Assembly: GCA_045633805.1 (NCBI GenBank) | Contig: JAZQYY010000016.1 | Span: forward strand, 762 to 64,761 | DNA: 64,000 bases | Direction of reading: 5' to 3' | Origin: Acutalibacteraceae bacterium | GTDB lineage: Bacteria; Bacillota; Clostridia; Oscillospirales; Acutalibacteraceae | In this document: positions 31,112 through 41,292 of the stretch, piece by piece | How positions within the stretch are numbered: the stretch's first letter is position 1 | How the letters are laid out: each line of letters starts with the position of its first letter | The notes under the pieces: model-generated | Seen by the model: the letters and a program-made list of their open reading frames with translations, nothing else | What the model was told of the DNA's origin: nothing | Database searches by the model: none | Translations under genes and position numbers: made by a program

Positions 31112-33100
31112 TTGGCTGACCGTAATGATGAGATTTTGAATTCTGCCGCCGATATGCAGGCAGATGATTTCACTAAAGAATTTAAACTAAATAACGAAAC
31201 GCTTGAGCAAACAAAAGAATTCAGGCTCGAAGAAGCAGATAAAACTGTATCTGAAAAAGCATCTGCTTTTAAAAATTTGCCCAAGAAAGCAAAGATTGCT
31301 ATTATTGCCGCCGCCGTTTTGGTGGTTGCGATTCTGGCAATTGTTATCATTGTTCTTGTGGTTAAAAGTAACAACATTGAAAATAACAGTATTCTTGTCT
31401 TTAAAAAAGGCAATGAATGCGTGATTCGTATAGATGATAAAGAAGCGACTGTTTCAGATTCAACGGCATCAAACTTCAAAGCAGTTAAAGAATCAAAAAG
31501 GGTTTATTATACAATAGTTTCATCTTATGACAGTAACTATTATGACCTTTATTATGTTCAGCTTGAAAAGGGTGAAATAACCAAACCTTCGCTGATTGAC
31601 TGCGTTGTTGAATATGATTACGAGGTTGTTGGTGATAAGGTCTATTATTCAAAATATAATGAAACCAACAAGGCGGATGACGGTTGCATCTGTGATATTG
31701 AATCCAAAAAAACAACCGTTTTTTCTTCAAACGTGAACGGTATATACTATCTTAACGGCAACGGAATTTATTTCACAAAGCCTGACGGTGAGAATCTTGC
31801 GCTTTACAGCTTTTTCGGTGAAACACCGCAAGCGGTCAGCAGAAATGTTACCGAGCTTTATTGCTATCCTGAAGCTGAAAATCCGCATGTTCTTTATACA
31901 ACCAATTCAGGTGCATTTAACAGCGCTTCGTCGCTCTTTATTGCCTATAACGGTGAAAGCCCTGAAACAATTTGCGATAATGCATATATGGTTGCTTTTG
32001 ATGAATATAAACCCGGCGGCAACCTTTATTATTTCACGTCATCGGAAGAATCAGTTTCATGGAGCTACGTTATATCCGATGAATTTGCTGAAAGTGATAA
32101 GCTTATAACCAAACCCAATGCTCTTGATTTTTTAGGAGGCATTTTCGGTATGTCGTCTGATTATACCACTGCCTACGTTGCTTATCAGGATAAATTAATC
32201 AGGGATGAAATCAGAGCGGCTCTTGATGAAACTGTTGCAGAAGGCAGTCTTACCGCACCTGTTTTTTCGGTGTTTGCATATAACGGAGAAAAAATAATGA
32301 AGGTTGCTCAGAATGTTGACCCTTCAAGGGTTTATTCGTATGCGGCATTCGGTGAGCCGAAAATTATTTTTGAAAACACCAGCATCAAAGAAAACGAAAC
32401 CGATATGGCAACGCTTTCAGCAATTGCTGTAAGAAGCGGTATGGGAGAGGTTATTCTTTATGCCAAAAATATTGTTGCAAACAGCGTTAAATCGCACGGT
32501 ATAGCTTTGGCGGTTGGCAAAAACGGCGGCGTTACCTATGCTTTTGATGAATATGATAAAAGCAGAACTAAGTTCAGGTTTTCAGAAAACGGCGAACTCA
32601 TTTTTGCAATTGTCAGCGATATTCAGGGCGGCAAATACACCTTGTATTCCAACGATGTAAGCGGTAATTCGGTTGAGCCGAGAGTTGCCGTTGCCGCCAA
32701 TATTAAAAGTGATTCAGTCAAAGTAAAAGGTGATTCGGTTGTTTATCTGATAAGCGATACCGGTAAAAATACGGGTGATATTTTCAGCTTCAACGGCAAG
32801 AAAACAACAAAGCTTTCAAATTCTGCCGAAGAATTTATTGTTGATAGGTTCGGTAACGTTTTTGCACAGAAAAACATTGATTTCACAACGGATGAGATAA
32901 AGGCTGATTATTATACCTGTTATGAGGATAAAGAAATTCAGCTTGGCTCCGGTGTGCTTGCTTCGTCTTTCAAAACAAGAGAAGATGGCTCAGCGGCTTT
33001 TATTGAAACAGACGGCAAAGACTCAAATCTTATGATTTATTATAACGGTGAAGCAACAACGGTTTGTGAAAACGCTTCTCAATTGTTGCTTTATAAGTAA
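31112..33100 (+). CDS. Hypothetical single-pass membrane protein with a large beta-rich extracellular domain
   Basis: 662-aa ORF, TTG start after GAGGTG, one TM (IAIIAAAVLVVAILAIVIIVLVV), repeated xYY/LYY beta-strand patterns. Confidence 0.75.
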   Translation: MADRNDEILNSAADMQADDFTKEFKLNNETLEQTKEFRLEEADKTVSEKASAFKNLPKKAKIAIIAAAVLVVAILAIVIIVLVVKSNNIENNSILVFKKGNECVIRIDDKEATVSDSTASNFKAVKESKRVYYTIVSSYDSNYYDLYYVQLEKGEITKPSLIDCVVEYDYEVVGDKVYYSKYNETNKADDGCICDIESKKTTVFSSNVNGIYYLNGNGIYFTKPDGENLALYSFFGETPQAVSRNVTELYCYPEAENPHVLYTTNSGAFNSASSLFIAYNGESPETICDNAYMVAFDEYKPGGNLYYFTSSEESVSWSYVISDEFAESDKLITKPNALDFLGGIFGMSSDYTTAYVAYQDKLIRDEIRAALDETVAEGSLTAPVFSVFAYNGEKIMKVAQNVDPSRVYSYAAFGEPKIIFENTSIKENETDMATLSAIAVRSGMGEVILYAKNIVANSVKSHGIALAVGKNGGVTYAFDEYDKSRTKFRFSENGELIFAIVSDIQGGKYTLYSNDVSGNSVEPRVAVAANIKSDSVKVKGDSVVYLISDTGKNTGDIFSFNGKKTTKLSNSAEEFIVDRFGNVFAQKNIDFTTDEIKADYYTCYEDKEIQLGSGVLASSFKTREDGSAAFIETDGKDSNLMIYYNGEATTVCENASQLLLYK

Positions 33101-33124
33101 GGTTAGCTTGAAAGGAAAGTTTAT

Positions 33125-33829
33125 ATGAGTTCTAATCAGATATTGAAAAAATCATTGTTGGGCGGCTTTAAAAAAGAGGGCGTTATCAATTATATAGAAC
33201 AGCTTCAGGCAGAAATTTTTCGTCTTAAAAACGAGGTTGCCCGCCTTAATTCCGAATCAGAAAAGTCAGAAGCTTTTGACGAAGAGTTAAATGAATTGAA
33301 AAAGTGCAATGCAAATCTTGTTAAAGAGATTGAAATAGTGAAAAACGAAAAAACCTCACTTGCGGCAGAAAGTGAAATTCTTAAGGTTGAAAAGTCTGCT
33401 CTTGAAGATGATATAAAATCTTTGAGCGAAGAAAATAAGCGCTATGCCGCTGAAATTGAGAGCTGCAAAAGCGAATATGCAGAAAAGATGAAGCTTTGTG
33501 AAGAAAAAATTCAGTCAATCGAAGCGGCGTTTGCTTCGATTGAAGCAACATGCGCAAACAGCATTCAGATTGATTCAAAAGCAAGCGGAATTCTTAAAGA
33601 TGCAAGTGCTGATTCTGAACTCATAATTACCAAAGCACAGAACAAAGCGGATGCCATAACAGAAAAAGCCAGCGATGCCGTTGCCAAAGCGGCAAAGCAG
33701 GTTTCTGAGGCTAATGACCGTCTTAAAAGTGCCTGCGTTAACTATGATTCATCAACCGTAGCTCTCAAGGCTAGTGTTGATAATCTTATTGCGGTTCTTA
33801 ATTCCGTTTCGGAAGGCTCGGATAAGTAA
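33125..33829 (+). CDS. Coiled-coil protein with DivIVA-like N-terminus
   Basis: LKKSLLGGFKKEGVINYIEQL then heptad-rich helix. Confidence 0.65.
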   Translation: MSSNQILKKSLLGGFKKEGVINYIEQLQAEIFRLKNEVARLNSESEKSEAFDEELNELKKCNANLVKEIEIVKNEKTSLAAESEILKVEKSALEDDIKSLSEENKRYAAEIESCKSEYAEKMKLCEEKIQSIEAAFASIEATCANSIQIDSKASGILKDASADSELIITKAQNKADAITEKASDAVAKAAKQVSEANDRLKSACVNYDSSTVALKASVDNLIAVLNSVSEGSDK

Positions 33830-33830
33830 T

Positions 33831-34361
33831 ATGGCAGTTTATAACATAAGAATTGAAGAAATAAAAGAATACGCCGAGAAGCTTGTTGCAGGCGACATTG
33901 TTAACCTTAGCGGAGTAGTTTATACCTCAAGAGATGCCGCTCACAAACGCATTTTTGAGCTTCTTGATAAGGGTGAGTCCCTGCCTTTTGAGCTTGAAGG
34001 TGCCTGCATATATTTTGCAGGTCCAACACCCACACCCGAAGGTATGGTTATCGGCAGCTGCGGCCCGACAACTTCAGGCAGAATGGATCCGTTTTCGCCC
34101 CGTCTGCTTGATTTGGGGCTTGCGGCAATGATAGGCAAGGGAGAACGCAACGCGGCAGTTTGTGAGGCTCTTATCAGAAATAAAGCGGTTTATTTTTGTG
34201 CCGTTGGAGGCGCGGGAGCAATCTGTGCAAAGAGTATTGTTGCCTGTGAAGAAATTGCTTTCAAAGACCTTGGCTGCGAAAGTGTAAAGCGTCTTGAACT
34301 CAAAGATTTTCCTGTTGTTGTTGGTATAGACTGCAAGGGCGGAAATCTGTTTGCGAAATAA
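33831..34361 (+). CDS. Fe-S hydro-lyase (class I fumarate/tartrate hydratase) beta subunit
   Basis: RDAAHKR, GPTTSGRM, MIGKG, DLGCE, DCKGGNL. Confidence 0.9.
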   Translation: MAVYNIRIEEIKEYAEKLVAGDIVNLSGVVYTSRDAAHKRIFELLDKGESLPFELEGACIYFAGPTPTPEGMVIGSCGPTTSGRMDPFSPRLLDLGLAAMIGKGERNAAVCEALIRNKAVYFCAVGGAGAICAKSIVACEEIAFKDLGCESVKRLELKDFPVVVGIDCKGGNLFAK

Positions 34362-34366
34362 AAAAT

Positions 34367-34400
34367 CAGGAACCGATTCGTTTTGAATCGGTTCCTGTTA
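34367..34400. terminator. Bidirectional terminator between convergent genes
   Basis: CAGGAACCGATTC-loop-GAATCGGTTCCTG flanked by A and T tracts. Confidence 0.8.
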
Positions 34401-34405
34401 TTTTT

Positions 34406-35569
34406 TTAGTCATTAATAAAATGTTTTGCACTCGGCAGGAATGAACATATGAAAGAGCAAAGAGCGCCGAAAAGAATGCCTTTAACCGCACCGAAAAGAA
34501 GCATAAACGCTATAACTGCAATGAAGCAAGCGAGTGATGGAACGTCAATAAAAGCTTTCTTGATTTCGCTCCATTTAACGCTTTGCCATGAACCAACAAT
34601 AAGAATAACCGCACAGCTCGGAACGGGGATTCTTGCAATGAACTTGCTGCAAAGAAGAAGAACTGCAACGCAAAGAATTGCCGCGGGTATGCCGGCAAAA
34701 TTCTTGCGTTTATATGTCATTGCGGTTACGGGGATATATGAACCCGAGAAAGCTGAACAGATGCAGTTTGATGCGCCTGTAACGGCATAATCAAGATTGG
34801 TGCCCTTGAATTCAGAAACGGAATATGCCGTTGTGAAGAAAAGAGCAAGTCCCGAGGTAAGAATACCTGTCAGATTAGGCTTATCCTTAAATGCGGGCAG
34901 AAAAACAGACTTAAAGTCAAATGAATATGCACCGATTTCGTTGATTGGTGAAATCATATCGGCAGGGTTAAGAATAAGATTAAGAGCAAGGGTCAGCGCA
35001 AGAGCAACAAAAGGTGCTCTGATTATTTTATCTGCTTTTTTGAATTTTCTCGGATATGTTATCATCAGAACAAGCACAATCGTGCCAAAAAGAATTCCGC
35101 GCCAGTTTGGATGAAAACCGAGAGAACGGTATGAGCCCAGCATTTGTTCAACGATGTTGCCTGTTGCACCTATGCCGAAATAATGGGTCGTTTCAAGCAC
35201 GGTTACAGTTATTGCCGTTGCAAGCATAATTGCAATAGTTACGGGCTTAAAAATGATTTGTTTAAAGTCAAAGCCAAGGAACGCAAGGGCTATCATTGCC
35301 GCACCGCTGAGCGCAATTGCAAGAGCTGCGGTTGATGCACCGTATTCCTTGAAAGCAAAAGAAACAATAAGGTATGAGGCAAAAACGGGCATAATCATTT
35401 TTGTTTTATTAAAGGTAACAAGCAGGCAGGTGAAAACAGATGCGAAAATTGCACTTGTTACTCCGAATCCCGAGCAAACCGCCATACTGAGAACAAAAGG
35501 AAGAACGGTTGTGAATAAATAAGCCGAGTCAGCGGCGAAGGTTTTCAGTTTTTTGTTATCAAAACCCAA
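34406..35569 (-). CDS. Divergent, shortened SulP-like polytopic transporter (no STAS domain)
   Basis: About 11 hydrophobic segments; DYAVTGASN...AFSG and IARIPVPSCAVILIV resemble SulP segments; TTG start. Confidence 0.55.
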   Translation of the reverse strand: MGFDNKKLKTFAADSAYLFTTVLPFVLSMAVCSGFGVTSAIFASVFTCLLVTFNKTKMIMPVFASYLIVSFAFKEYGASTAALAIALSGAAMIALAFLGFDFKQIIFKPVTIAIMLATAITVTVLETTHYFGIGATGNIVEQMLGSYRSLGFHPNWRGILFGTIVLVLMITYPRKFKKADKIIRAPFVALALTLALNLILNPADMISPINEIGAYSFDFKSVFLPAFKDKPNLTGILTSGLALFFTTAYSVSEFKGTNLDYAVTGASNCICSAFSGSYIPVTAMTYKRKNFAGIPAAILCVAVLLLCSKFIARIPVPSCAVILIVGSWQSVKWSEIKKAFIDVPSLACFIAVIAFMLLFGAVKGILFGALCSFICSFLPSAKHFIND

Positions 35570-35729
35570 AATAAACTCTCCAATACAACTTTATCCTTGA
35601 TATTCTACAATAAAAAAAAGAATGATACAAGTATTTTTTAATATTTTGTTAAATTTTATGTTTTATCTATAGTAATATTTAAAAATATATGTTAGAATAA
35701 TTAAGATTGAATTTTATAGTGGGGTTAGT

Positions 35730-36725
35730 ATGAAAAAAAGAGATGCAAAAAAAATAGCAACCTGGATTATTGTTCCGCTTATGCTGGCAATATTCCTTCT
35801 TGATATAGCAACCGTTCTTATCGGCAATTCTTATGCGCGCCGTTACAATATTGAAAGAGAAACCTTTACCCTTAAATCGGGTGATGACAGAATTCATTTT
35901 CTCAACGTTGGCAATTCCGATGCTATTTTGCTTGAGAGTAACGGAATGTTTGCGCTTATTGATTCAGGTGAGGGCAACAGCAATCCCAGACGCAAAACAA
36001 CATACAGAGGCTATGAGCAGGACGTTCTTAATTATATTAAAAACGTTGCTTCGGTTGATGGCGAAGTTAAGCTTGAGTTTGTTCTCGGCACCCACTGCCA
36101 TTATGACCATATAGGTTCTTTTGAAAAAATAATCAGTGATGATTCAATTCAGATCGGATTGGCTTATTTCAAGCCGTTTGATGAAAAAATCGCTAAGGAT
36201 TACGAAGTTGAAAGCTGGAAGATTAACGAGGTTTATAATGCAGTTATCACCGCTCTCAACGTTAAGGGAGTCAGCGTTATTGACGTTATTCCCGAGCAAA
36301 TGAGTTTTGGCGATTTCTCACTTGAGTTTTACAACACAGAAACCCCTCCCGAGCTTGAGGGCGAGGGTGAAAATGCCGCAAGCATCGGCATCAAGGTGAC
36401 CAAGGGTCAAAAGAGCGCTTTCCTTGCCGCAGATTTCACAAAGTCCTGTGGTCTTGAACAGATTTACGGTGACGAAATCGGCGATATAGATTTGCTTAAG
36501 GCAGGCCATCACGGTTATTTCGGTTCATCATCGCCGTCTTTCCTCAAGAAACTCAAGCCCGAGATTATTGTTGTTACCAATCAGCTCGGCAAGGTTTATC
36601 CAAACGTCAAATGGAATTTCACTATGGTTGCAAAAACTCCGTTTTACGCTACATACGATCACAACGGAATTATCGCAACGTTTACAGATAACGATGAAAT
36701 ACTGCTGACCGATAATATTCATTGA
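35730..36725 (+). CDS. Exported MBL-fold hydrolase, phosphorylcholine esterase (Pce)-like
   Basis: RIHFLNVG-SDAILLESNG-FALIDSGE, THCHYDHIG, KAGHHG; N-terminal TM. Confidence 0.75.
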   Translation: MKKRDAKKIATWIIVPLMLAIFLLDIATVLIGNSYARRYNIERETFTLKSGDDRIHFLNVGNSDAILLESNGMFALIDSGEGNSNPRRKTTYRGYEQDVLNYIKNVASVDGEVKLEFVLGTHCHYDHIGSFEKIISDDSIQIGLAYFKPFDEKIAKDYEVESWKINEVYNAVITALNVKGVSVIDVIPEQMSFGDFSLEFYNTETPPELEGEGENAASIGIKVTKGQKSAFLAADFTKSCGLEQIYGDEIGDIDLLKAGHHGYFGSSSPSFLKKLKPEIIVVTNQLGKVYPNVKWNFTMVAKTPFYATYDHNGIIATFTDNDEILLTDNIH

Positions 36726-36765
36726 TCGGTTTTTGCTTATTAATATATGATTGGAAAGGTAAAAA

Positions 36766-38394
36766 ATGAGTATTACTTGTTACGATTATCTTAAAAAGAG
36801 CATAGAGATCAACGGTGATTTCACGGCGGCAATAACTTTTGGCAACAAAATCAAAATGTCAAAAATCGTGAGCGATATAGATGCGATTGCCGCATATCTT
36901 AACGGAATCGGTATCGTTAAAGGCGATTCGGTTACTGTGTTTCTGCCAACAACCGTTCACGCTTTTGTCAGCTTTTATGCGTTGAATAAAATCGGCGTTA
37001 TAGCCAATATTGTGCATCCTCTCACATCTCCCGAGGGCCTGCTTGAAAGCATAAATATCACAAAATCAAAAGCGGTGTTTATTCTTGATATTCTTGCGGG
37101 TCAGTATGCTGATGTTATTAACGAGAGCGGCTTGCCTTGCATAATCTGTTCAAATTCTGATTATACTTCATTGCCCGTTTCACCTGCGATCAGGATTTTT
37201 GAAAAGGTCAAGGGCAAGGGGCTGGATTCTTTCAAAAACAGCATCAGATATAAAAAGGTTGTTTCGGCAGGTGCAGGCAAATTATGTGCAGACTTCCATG
37301 ACGGAAGCTTCACTGCAGTTTATCTTCACGGCGGCGGCACAACGGGCAAAAGCAAAACCATTATGCTCTCGAGCGATAATATCAATGCTATTGCCGATAA
37401 GCTTGAACCTCTTGACGAGGACCACGCACCCGGCTCTGAATGTTCGCTTGTTGTTTTGCCGATGTTCCATGCATTCGGTCTGGCGGTTGCGATGCATTAC
37501 CCCATAACCCACGGCTTTACGCTTCTTCCCATGCCGCAGTTTTCTGCAGAAGCAGCAAACAAGCAGCTTAAGAAACACCGCGTTTCTTTCCTTCTCGGTG
37601 TTCCCAATATGTATAAGAAGATGATGGAAGCCGATAATTTTGAGGGTGAACATCTCAAAAATCTTCGTCTTGTTTTCTGCGGAGGTGACTTCCTTTCAGA
37701 AAGACTTGTTAAGGAATTCAATGCAACCGTTGCAAAGCACGGCGGTAAGGGCAGACTTTTCAGAGGCTACGGCTTAACAGAGGTTGCTTCGGTTTGTACC
37801 GTTAATAACTATAAAGACGTTCGCGAAGATTCAATCGGCAAACCCCTTACAGGTATGACCGTTGAAATCTGGGACGAAATGAAAAATAAACTGCCTGCAG
37901 GTAAAACAGGCGAAATCGTTATCACAGGCGAAACCGTTATGCAGGGTTATTTCAATGGCGAAGAAACAGTTCCGGATGACGGTGTTTACGTTGATAAAAA
38001 CGGTGTGCGCTGGGTTCTTTCAGGTGACCTTGGCTATATGGATGCCGACGGATTTGTTTATTTCACAGGCAGAAAGAAGCGTATGATTGTAATTTCCGGC
38101 TATAACGTTTATCCTGCCGATATTGAAAATGCGGTTCTTCAGCTTCCGTTTGTCAGCGAAGCCTGCGCAGTTCAGGGCTATATCAAGAATAAGCCTTGCG
38201 TTAAGCTTTGCGTAACCCTCAAAGAGCAGATGAATAACGACGATGCAATATCTGAAATTCAGACTTACTGCAAAAAGAACCTTGCAAGATTCTCTTGCCC
38301 GAGAAAGATTGAAATTATGGATAGCTTCCCCAGAACCAAAATGGCAAAGGTTGACTTTATGAAGCTTTCTGATAAATATGATCCCAATAAATAA
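36766..38394 (+). CDS. AMP-dependent acyl-CoA ligase
   Basis: GGGTTGKSK, LPMFHAFG, GYGLTE, SGDLG, GRKKRMI, PRTKMAK. Confidence 0.9.
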   Translation: MSITCYDYLKKSIEINGDFTAAITFGNKIKMSKIVSDIDAIAAYLNGIGIVKGDSVTVFLPTTVHAFVSFYALNKIGVIANIVHPLTSPEGLLESINITKSKAVFILDILAGQYADVINESGLPCIICSNSDYTSLPVSPAIRIFEKVKGKGLDSFKNSIRYKKVVSAGAGKLCADFHDGSFTAVYLHGGGTTGKSKTIMLSSDNINAIADKLEPLDEDHAPGSECSLVVLPMFHAFGLAVAMHYPITHGFTLLPMPQFSAEAANKQLKKHRVSFLLGVPNMYKKMMEADNFEGEHLKNLRLVFCGGDFLSERLVKEFNATVAKHGGKGRLFRGYGLTEVASVCTVNNYKDVREDSIGKPLTGMTVEIWDEMKNKLPAGKTGEIVITGETVMQGYFNGEETVPDDGVYVDKNGVRWVLSGDLGYMDADGFVYFTGRKKRMIVISGYNVYPADIENAVLQLPFVSEACAVQGYIKNKPCVKLCVTLKEQMNNDDAISEIQTYCKKNLARFSCPRKIEIMDSFPRTKMAKVDFMKLSDKYDPNK

Positions 38395-38409
38395 GAAAGA
38401 GGCAAAATT

Positions 38410-39009
38410 ATGAGCAAACAGGTAAGAACTCCCGAAAAAGGCGATATAGTTGCAACAATGAAAACCACAATGGGCGAAATCAAAATTCTTCTTTTCCCCG
38501 ATGCGGCACCCAAGACGGTTGAAAATTTCACAACTCACGCAAAAAACGGCTATTATAACGGCATTATCTTCCACAGAGTTATCCCTGATTTTATGATTCA
38601 GGGTGGCGACCCCACAGGCACAGGCAGAGGCGGCGAAAGCATCTGGGGTAGCAGCTTCAAGGATGAATTCAGCGTTGATTATCACAACGTAAGAGGCGCA
38701 CTCTCAATGGCTAACGCAGGCCCCGGCACAAACGGCAGCCAGTTCTTCATTGTTCAGGCAAAAGAAGTTGATGCAGGTCTTCTTGCACAGATGGAACAGC
38801 TTTCAGACAGAGGCTTCCCCACAGAATGCGTTGAAGATTACAGAGCTCTCGGCGGCACACCCTGGCTTGATTTCAAGCACACTGTTTTCGGACAGGTTGT
38901 TGAAGGAATGGAAACTGTTGATGCAATCGCAGGTGTTAAAACAAGCTTCGGCGATAAGCCTGTTGAGGATGTTGTTATCCTTGGCATCGACATAGAAGAA
39001 ATTGCATAA
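38410..39009 (+). CDS. Cyclophilin-type peptidyl-prolyl isomerase
   Basis: [46 protein letters not shown]. Confidence 0.96.
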   Translation: MSKQVRTPEKGDIVATMKTTMGEIKILLFPDAAPKTVENFTTHAKNGYYNGIIFHRVIPDFMIQGGDPTGTGRGGESIWGSSFKDEFSVDYHNVRGALSMANAGPGTNGSQFFIVQAKEVDAGLLAQMEQLSDRGFPTECVEDYRALGGTPWLDFKHTVFGQVVEGMETVDAIAGVKTSFGDKPVEDVVILGIDIEEIA

Positions 39010-39015
39010 AAAAAC

Positions 39016-39043
39016 AAGCAGGAGGCTTTCGCTTCCTGCTTTT
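39016..39043. terminator. Bidirectional terminator
   Basis: AAGCAGGAGGC-TTTC-GCTTCCTGCTT between convergent genes. Confidence 0.75.
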
Positions 39044-39064
39044 ATATTATATTAATGTAATTAA

Positions 39065-39529
39065 TTATTCCGCAAATTCCTTTTCGATTGCGGCGATAAC
39101 GTTATCAACGTCAGACTTAACAACAAGCATTGCAATCTCAATTTCTGATGTTGTAATCATTCTTACGTCTGCATCTGCGCTTGCTGCAGCCTTGAAAACC
39201 TTTGCAGAAACACCGGGAGTGCCTCTCATTGCTTCGCCGCTTACAGTCATCTTGCAGTTACCGCTGCTTACGCTGATTTTTGTTTTGGGGTTGATTTCGC
39301 GAAGCTTTGATGCAATTGCAAGCACGGGAATAAAATCATCATCGCTTACGGTGAATGAAAAGCCGGAGCTTGAGCCGCTTGCGGGTAACTGCGAAATCAT
39401 ATCAACGTCAATGCCTGCATCAGCAATCATCTTGAAAACGTCTGCAATGTGAGCAATGTCTGCAGGTGCGTCGCAAAGTGAAAAAAGAGTAACGTCTTCT
39501 GTTATAAAAATGTTTTCAACAAGCTTCAT
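39065..39529 (-). CDS. Stand-alone tandem ACT protein resembling the aspartokinase regulatory region
   Basis: IADAGIDVDMISQ, SGEAMRGTPGVSAKVF, MITTSEIEI. Confidence 0.85.
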   Translation of the reverse strand: MKLVENIFITEDVTLFSLCDAPADIAHIADVFKMIADAGIDVDMISQLPASGSSSGFSFTVSDDDFIPVLAIASKLREINPKTKISVSSGNCKMTVSGEAMRGTPGVSAKVFKAAASADADVRMITTSEIEIAMLVVKSDVDNVIAAIEKEFAE

Positions 39530-39543
39530 TTTTCTTCCTCCGT

Positions 39544-40308
39544 TTATTTGAGCATCGATGCCATATCATACATACCTGCGTTTTTGCCGCAGATGAATTT
39601 AGCGGCGTTAACTGCACCCGTTGCAAAGAGCTCTTTGCTTCTTGCAGAGTGGGAGATTTTGATTATTTCATCGTGACCTGCAAAAATAATCTCGTGCTCG
39701 CCTGTGATTGTGCCGCCTCTGACTGCGTGAATACCGATTTCGTTTTTGGTTCTCTTTTCACGCTTTGAATGGCGGTCATATTCATATGTTGTTTCACCGT
39801 CAAGCTCGTCTTTGATAGCGTCTGCAATCATCAGAGCCGTGCCGCTGGGAGCATCAATCTTCTGGTTATGGTGCATTTCAACAATTTCAATGTCAAAATC
39901 ATTGCCAAGCACTGCAGCTGCTTTTTTTGCAAGCTCGCAAACGAGGTTAACGCCGAGTGACATATTGGCGCTGAAGAAAACGGGGATTTTTTCGGCAGCG
40001 GATTTCAAAAGCGATTTCTGCGAATCGTTAAGACCTGTTGTGCAGATAACTGCAGGGATATTGTTTTTAACCGCATATTCAAGCAGGCCGCCAAGAGCCG
40101 AGGGGTTTGAAAAGTCAATGATAACGTCAGCCTTTTTGGTTATCTCATCAGGGATGAGAGCAGGGGAGCCGAAAACGGGATAGCCGTAAAGACTCTCTGC
40201 ATATATATCAATGCCGCCGATGATTTCAGCACCGCTTGTAACCGCAACGTTTGCAGTAACAGCTTTGCCCATTTTTCCGTTGCATCCGCTTAATAAAATT
40301 CCTGCCAT
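39544..40308 (-). CDS. dapB: 4-hydroxy-tetrahydrodipicolinate reductase
   Basis: GCNGKMG, ANMSLG, EMHHNQKIDAPSGTA. Confidence 0.96.
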   Translation of the reverse strand: MAGILLSGCNGKMGKAVTANVAVTSGAEIIGGIDIYAESLYGYPVFGSPALIPDEITKKADVIIDFSNPSALGGLLEYAVKNNIPAVICTTGLNDSQKSLLKSAAEKIPVFFSANMSLGVNLVCELAKKAAAVLGNDFDIEIVEMHHNQKIDAPSGTALMIADAIKDELDGETTYEYDRHSKREKRTKNEIGIHAVRGGTITGEHEIIFAGHDEIIKISHSARSKELFATGAVNAAKFICGKNAGMYDMASMLK

Positions 40309-40377
40309 TTTGAATTACCTCATTAATTTAAGATAATCCGAACCTGTTTAAAGACAAGTTCGGATTTTGTGTTTTGA

Positions 40378-41265
40378 TTATACAAGACCGTGGCGTGCAA
40401 GGCTTGCTCTGAGCTTTGCTTTTGCATCGTCTGTCATTTCGTAAAGGGGAAGTCTGCAAGGACCAACGTCAAGACCCATCATATTCATAGCTTCCTTAAC
40501 GGGGATGGGGTTAACGTCAACAAAAAGATTGTTGCAAAGGTCAAGATATTCAAGCTGAAGATCGCGGCTGCCCTTGAAATCGCCTGCAAGGAATTTTGCG
40601 GGGATATCGTGTGCAACCTGAGGCAGAATGTTTGAAAGAACAGAGATGCTGCCCTTGCCGCCGAGTGACATAAGAGCGGTAACCTGATCGTCATTGCCTG
40701 AATAAACAGAGAAATCTTCGCCGCAAAGAGCAATTGTTTTTGCAACTGCGGAGATATCGCCGCTTGCTTCCTTTGTGCCCACGATTCTGGGATGCTTTGC
40801 AAGCTCAACGTAAGTTTCAGGGAGAATGTTAACACCTGTTCTTGAGGGAACATTATAGGTGATAATCGGCACGCTTACTCTGTCTGCAATGTAGTTGTAG
40901 TGAGCGATAAGACCTCTCTGTGAAGTCTTGTTGTAGTAAGGTGTTACGGAGAGAAGAGCATCAACGCCTGCCTTTTCAGCTTCGTTTGAAAGCTTAACGG
41001 CATAGTTTGAATCGTTGCTGCCTGTGCCTGCGATAACAGGGATTCTCTTGTTAACAACCTCAACGGTGAATCTGATTGCTTCTGAATGTTCATCGTGGTC
41101 AAGGGTTGAACCTTCGCCTGTTGTGCCGCAGATTATGATAGCGTCTGTGCCGTGTGCAATCTGATATTCAAGCAGCTCTGCGAGCTTGGGATAGTTAACT
41201 TTGTTGTCTGCTGTGAAAGGTGTAACGATTGCAACGCCTGCGCCGGTAAAAACAGTCTGCTTCAT
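40378..41265 (-). CDS. dapA: 4-hydroxy-tetrahydrodipicolinate synthase
   Basis: GTTGE, TPYYNK, YNVPSRTG, KEASG, NPIPVK. Confidence 0.96.
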   Translation of the reverse strand: MKQTVFTGAGVAIVTPFTADNKVNYPKLAELLEYQIAHGTDAIIICGTTGEGSTLDHDEHSEAIRFTVEVVNKRIPVIAGTGSNDSNYAVKLSNEAEKAGVDALLSVTPYYNKTSQRGLIAHYNYIADRVSVPIITYNVPSRTGVNILPETYVELAKHPRIVGTKEASGDISAVAKTIALCGEDFSVYSGNDDQVTALMSLGGKGSISVLSNILPQVAHDIPAKFLAGDFKGSRDLQLEYLDLCNNLFVDVNPIPVKEAMNMMGLDVGPCRLPLYEMTDDAKAKLRASLARHGLV

Positions 41266-41292
41266 AGCTGACTCCTTTCGTTAATTCGTCAA

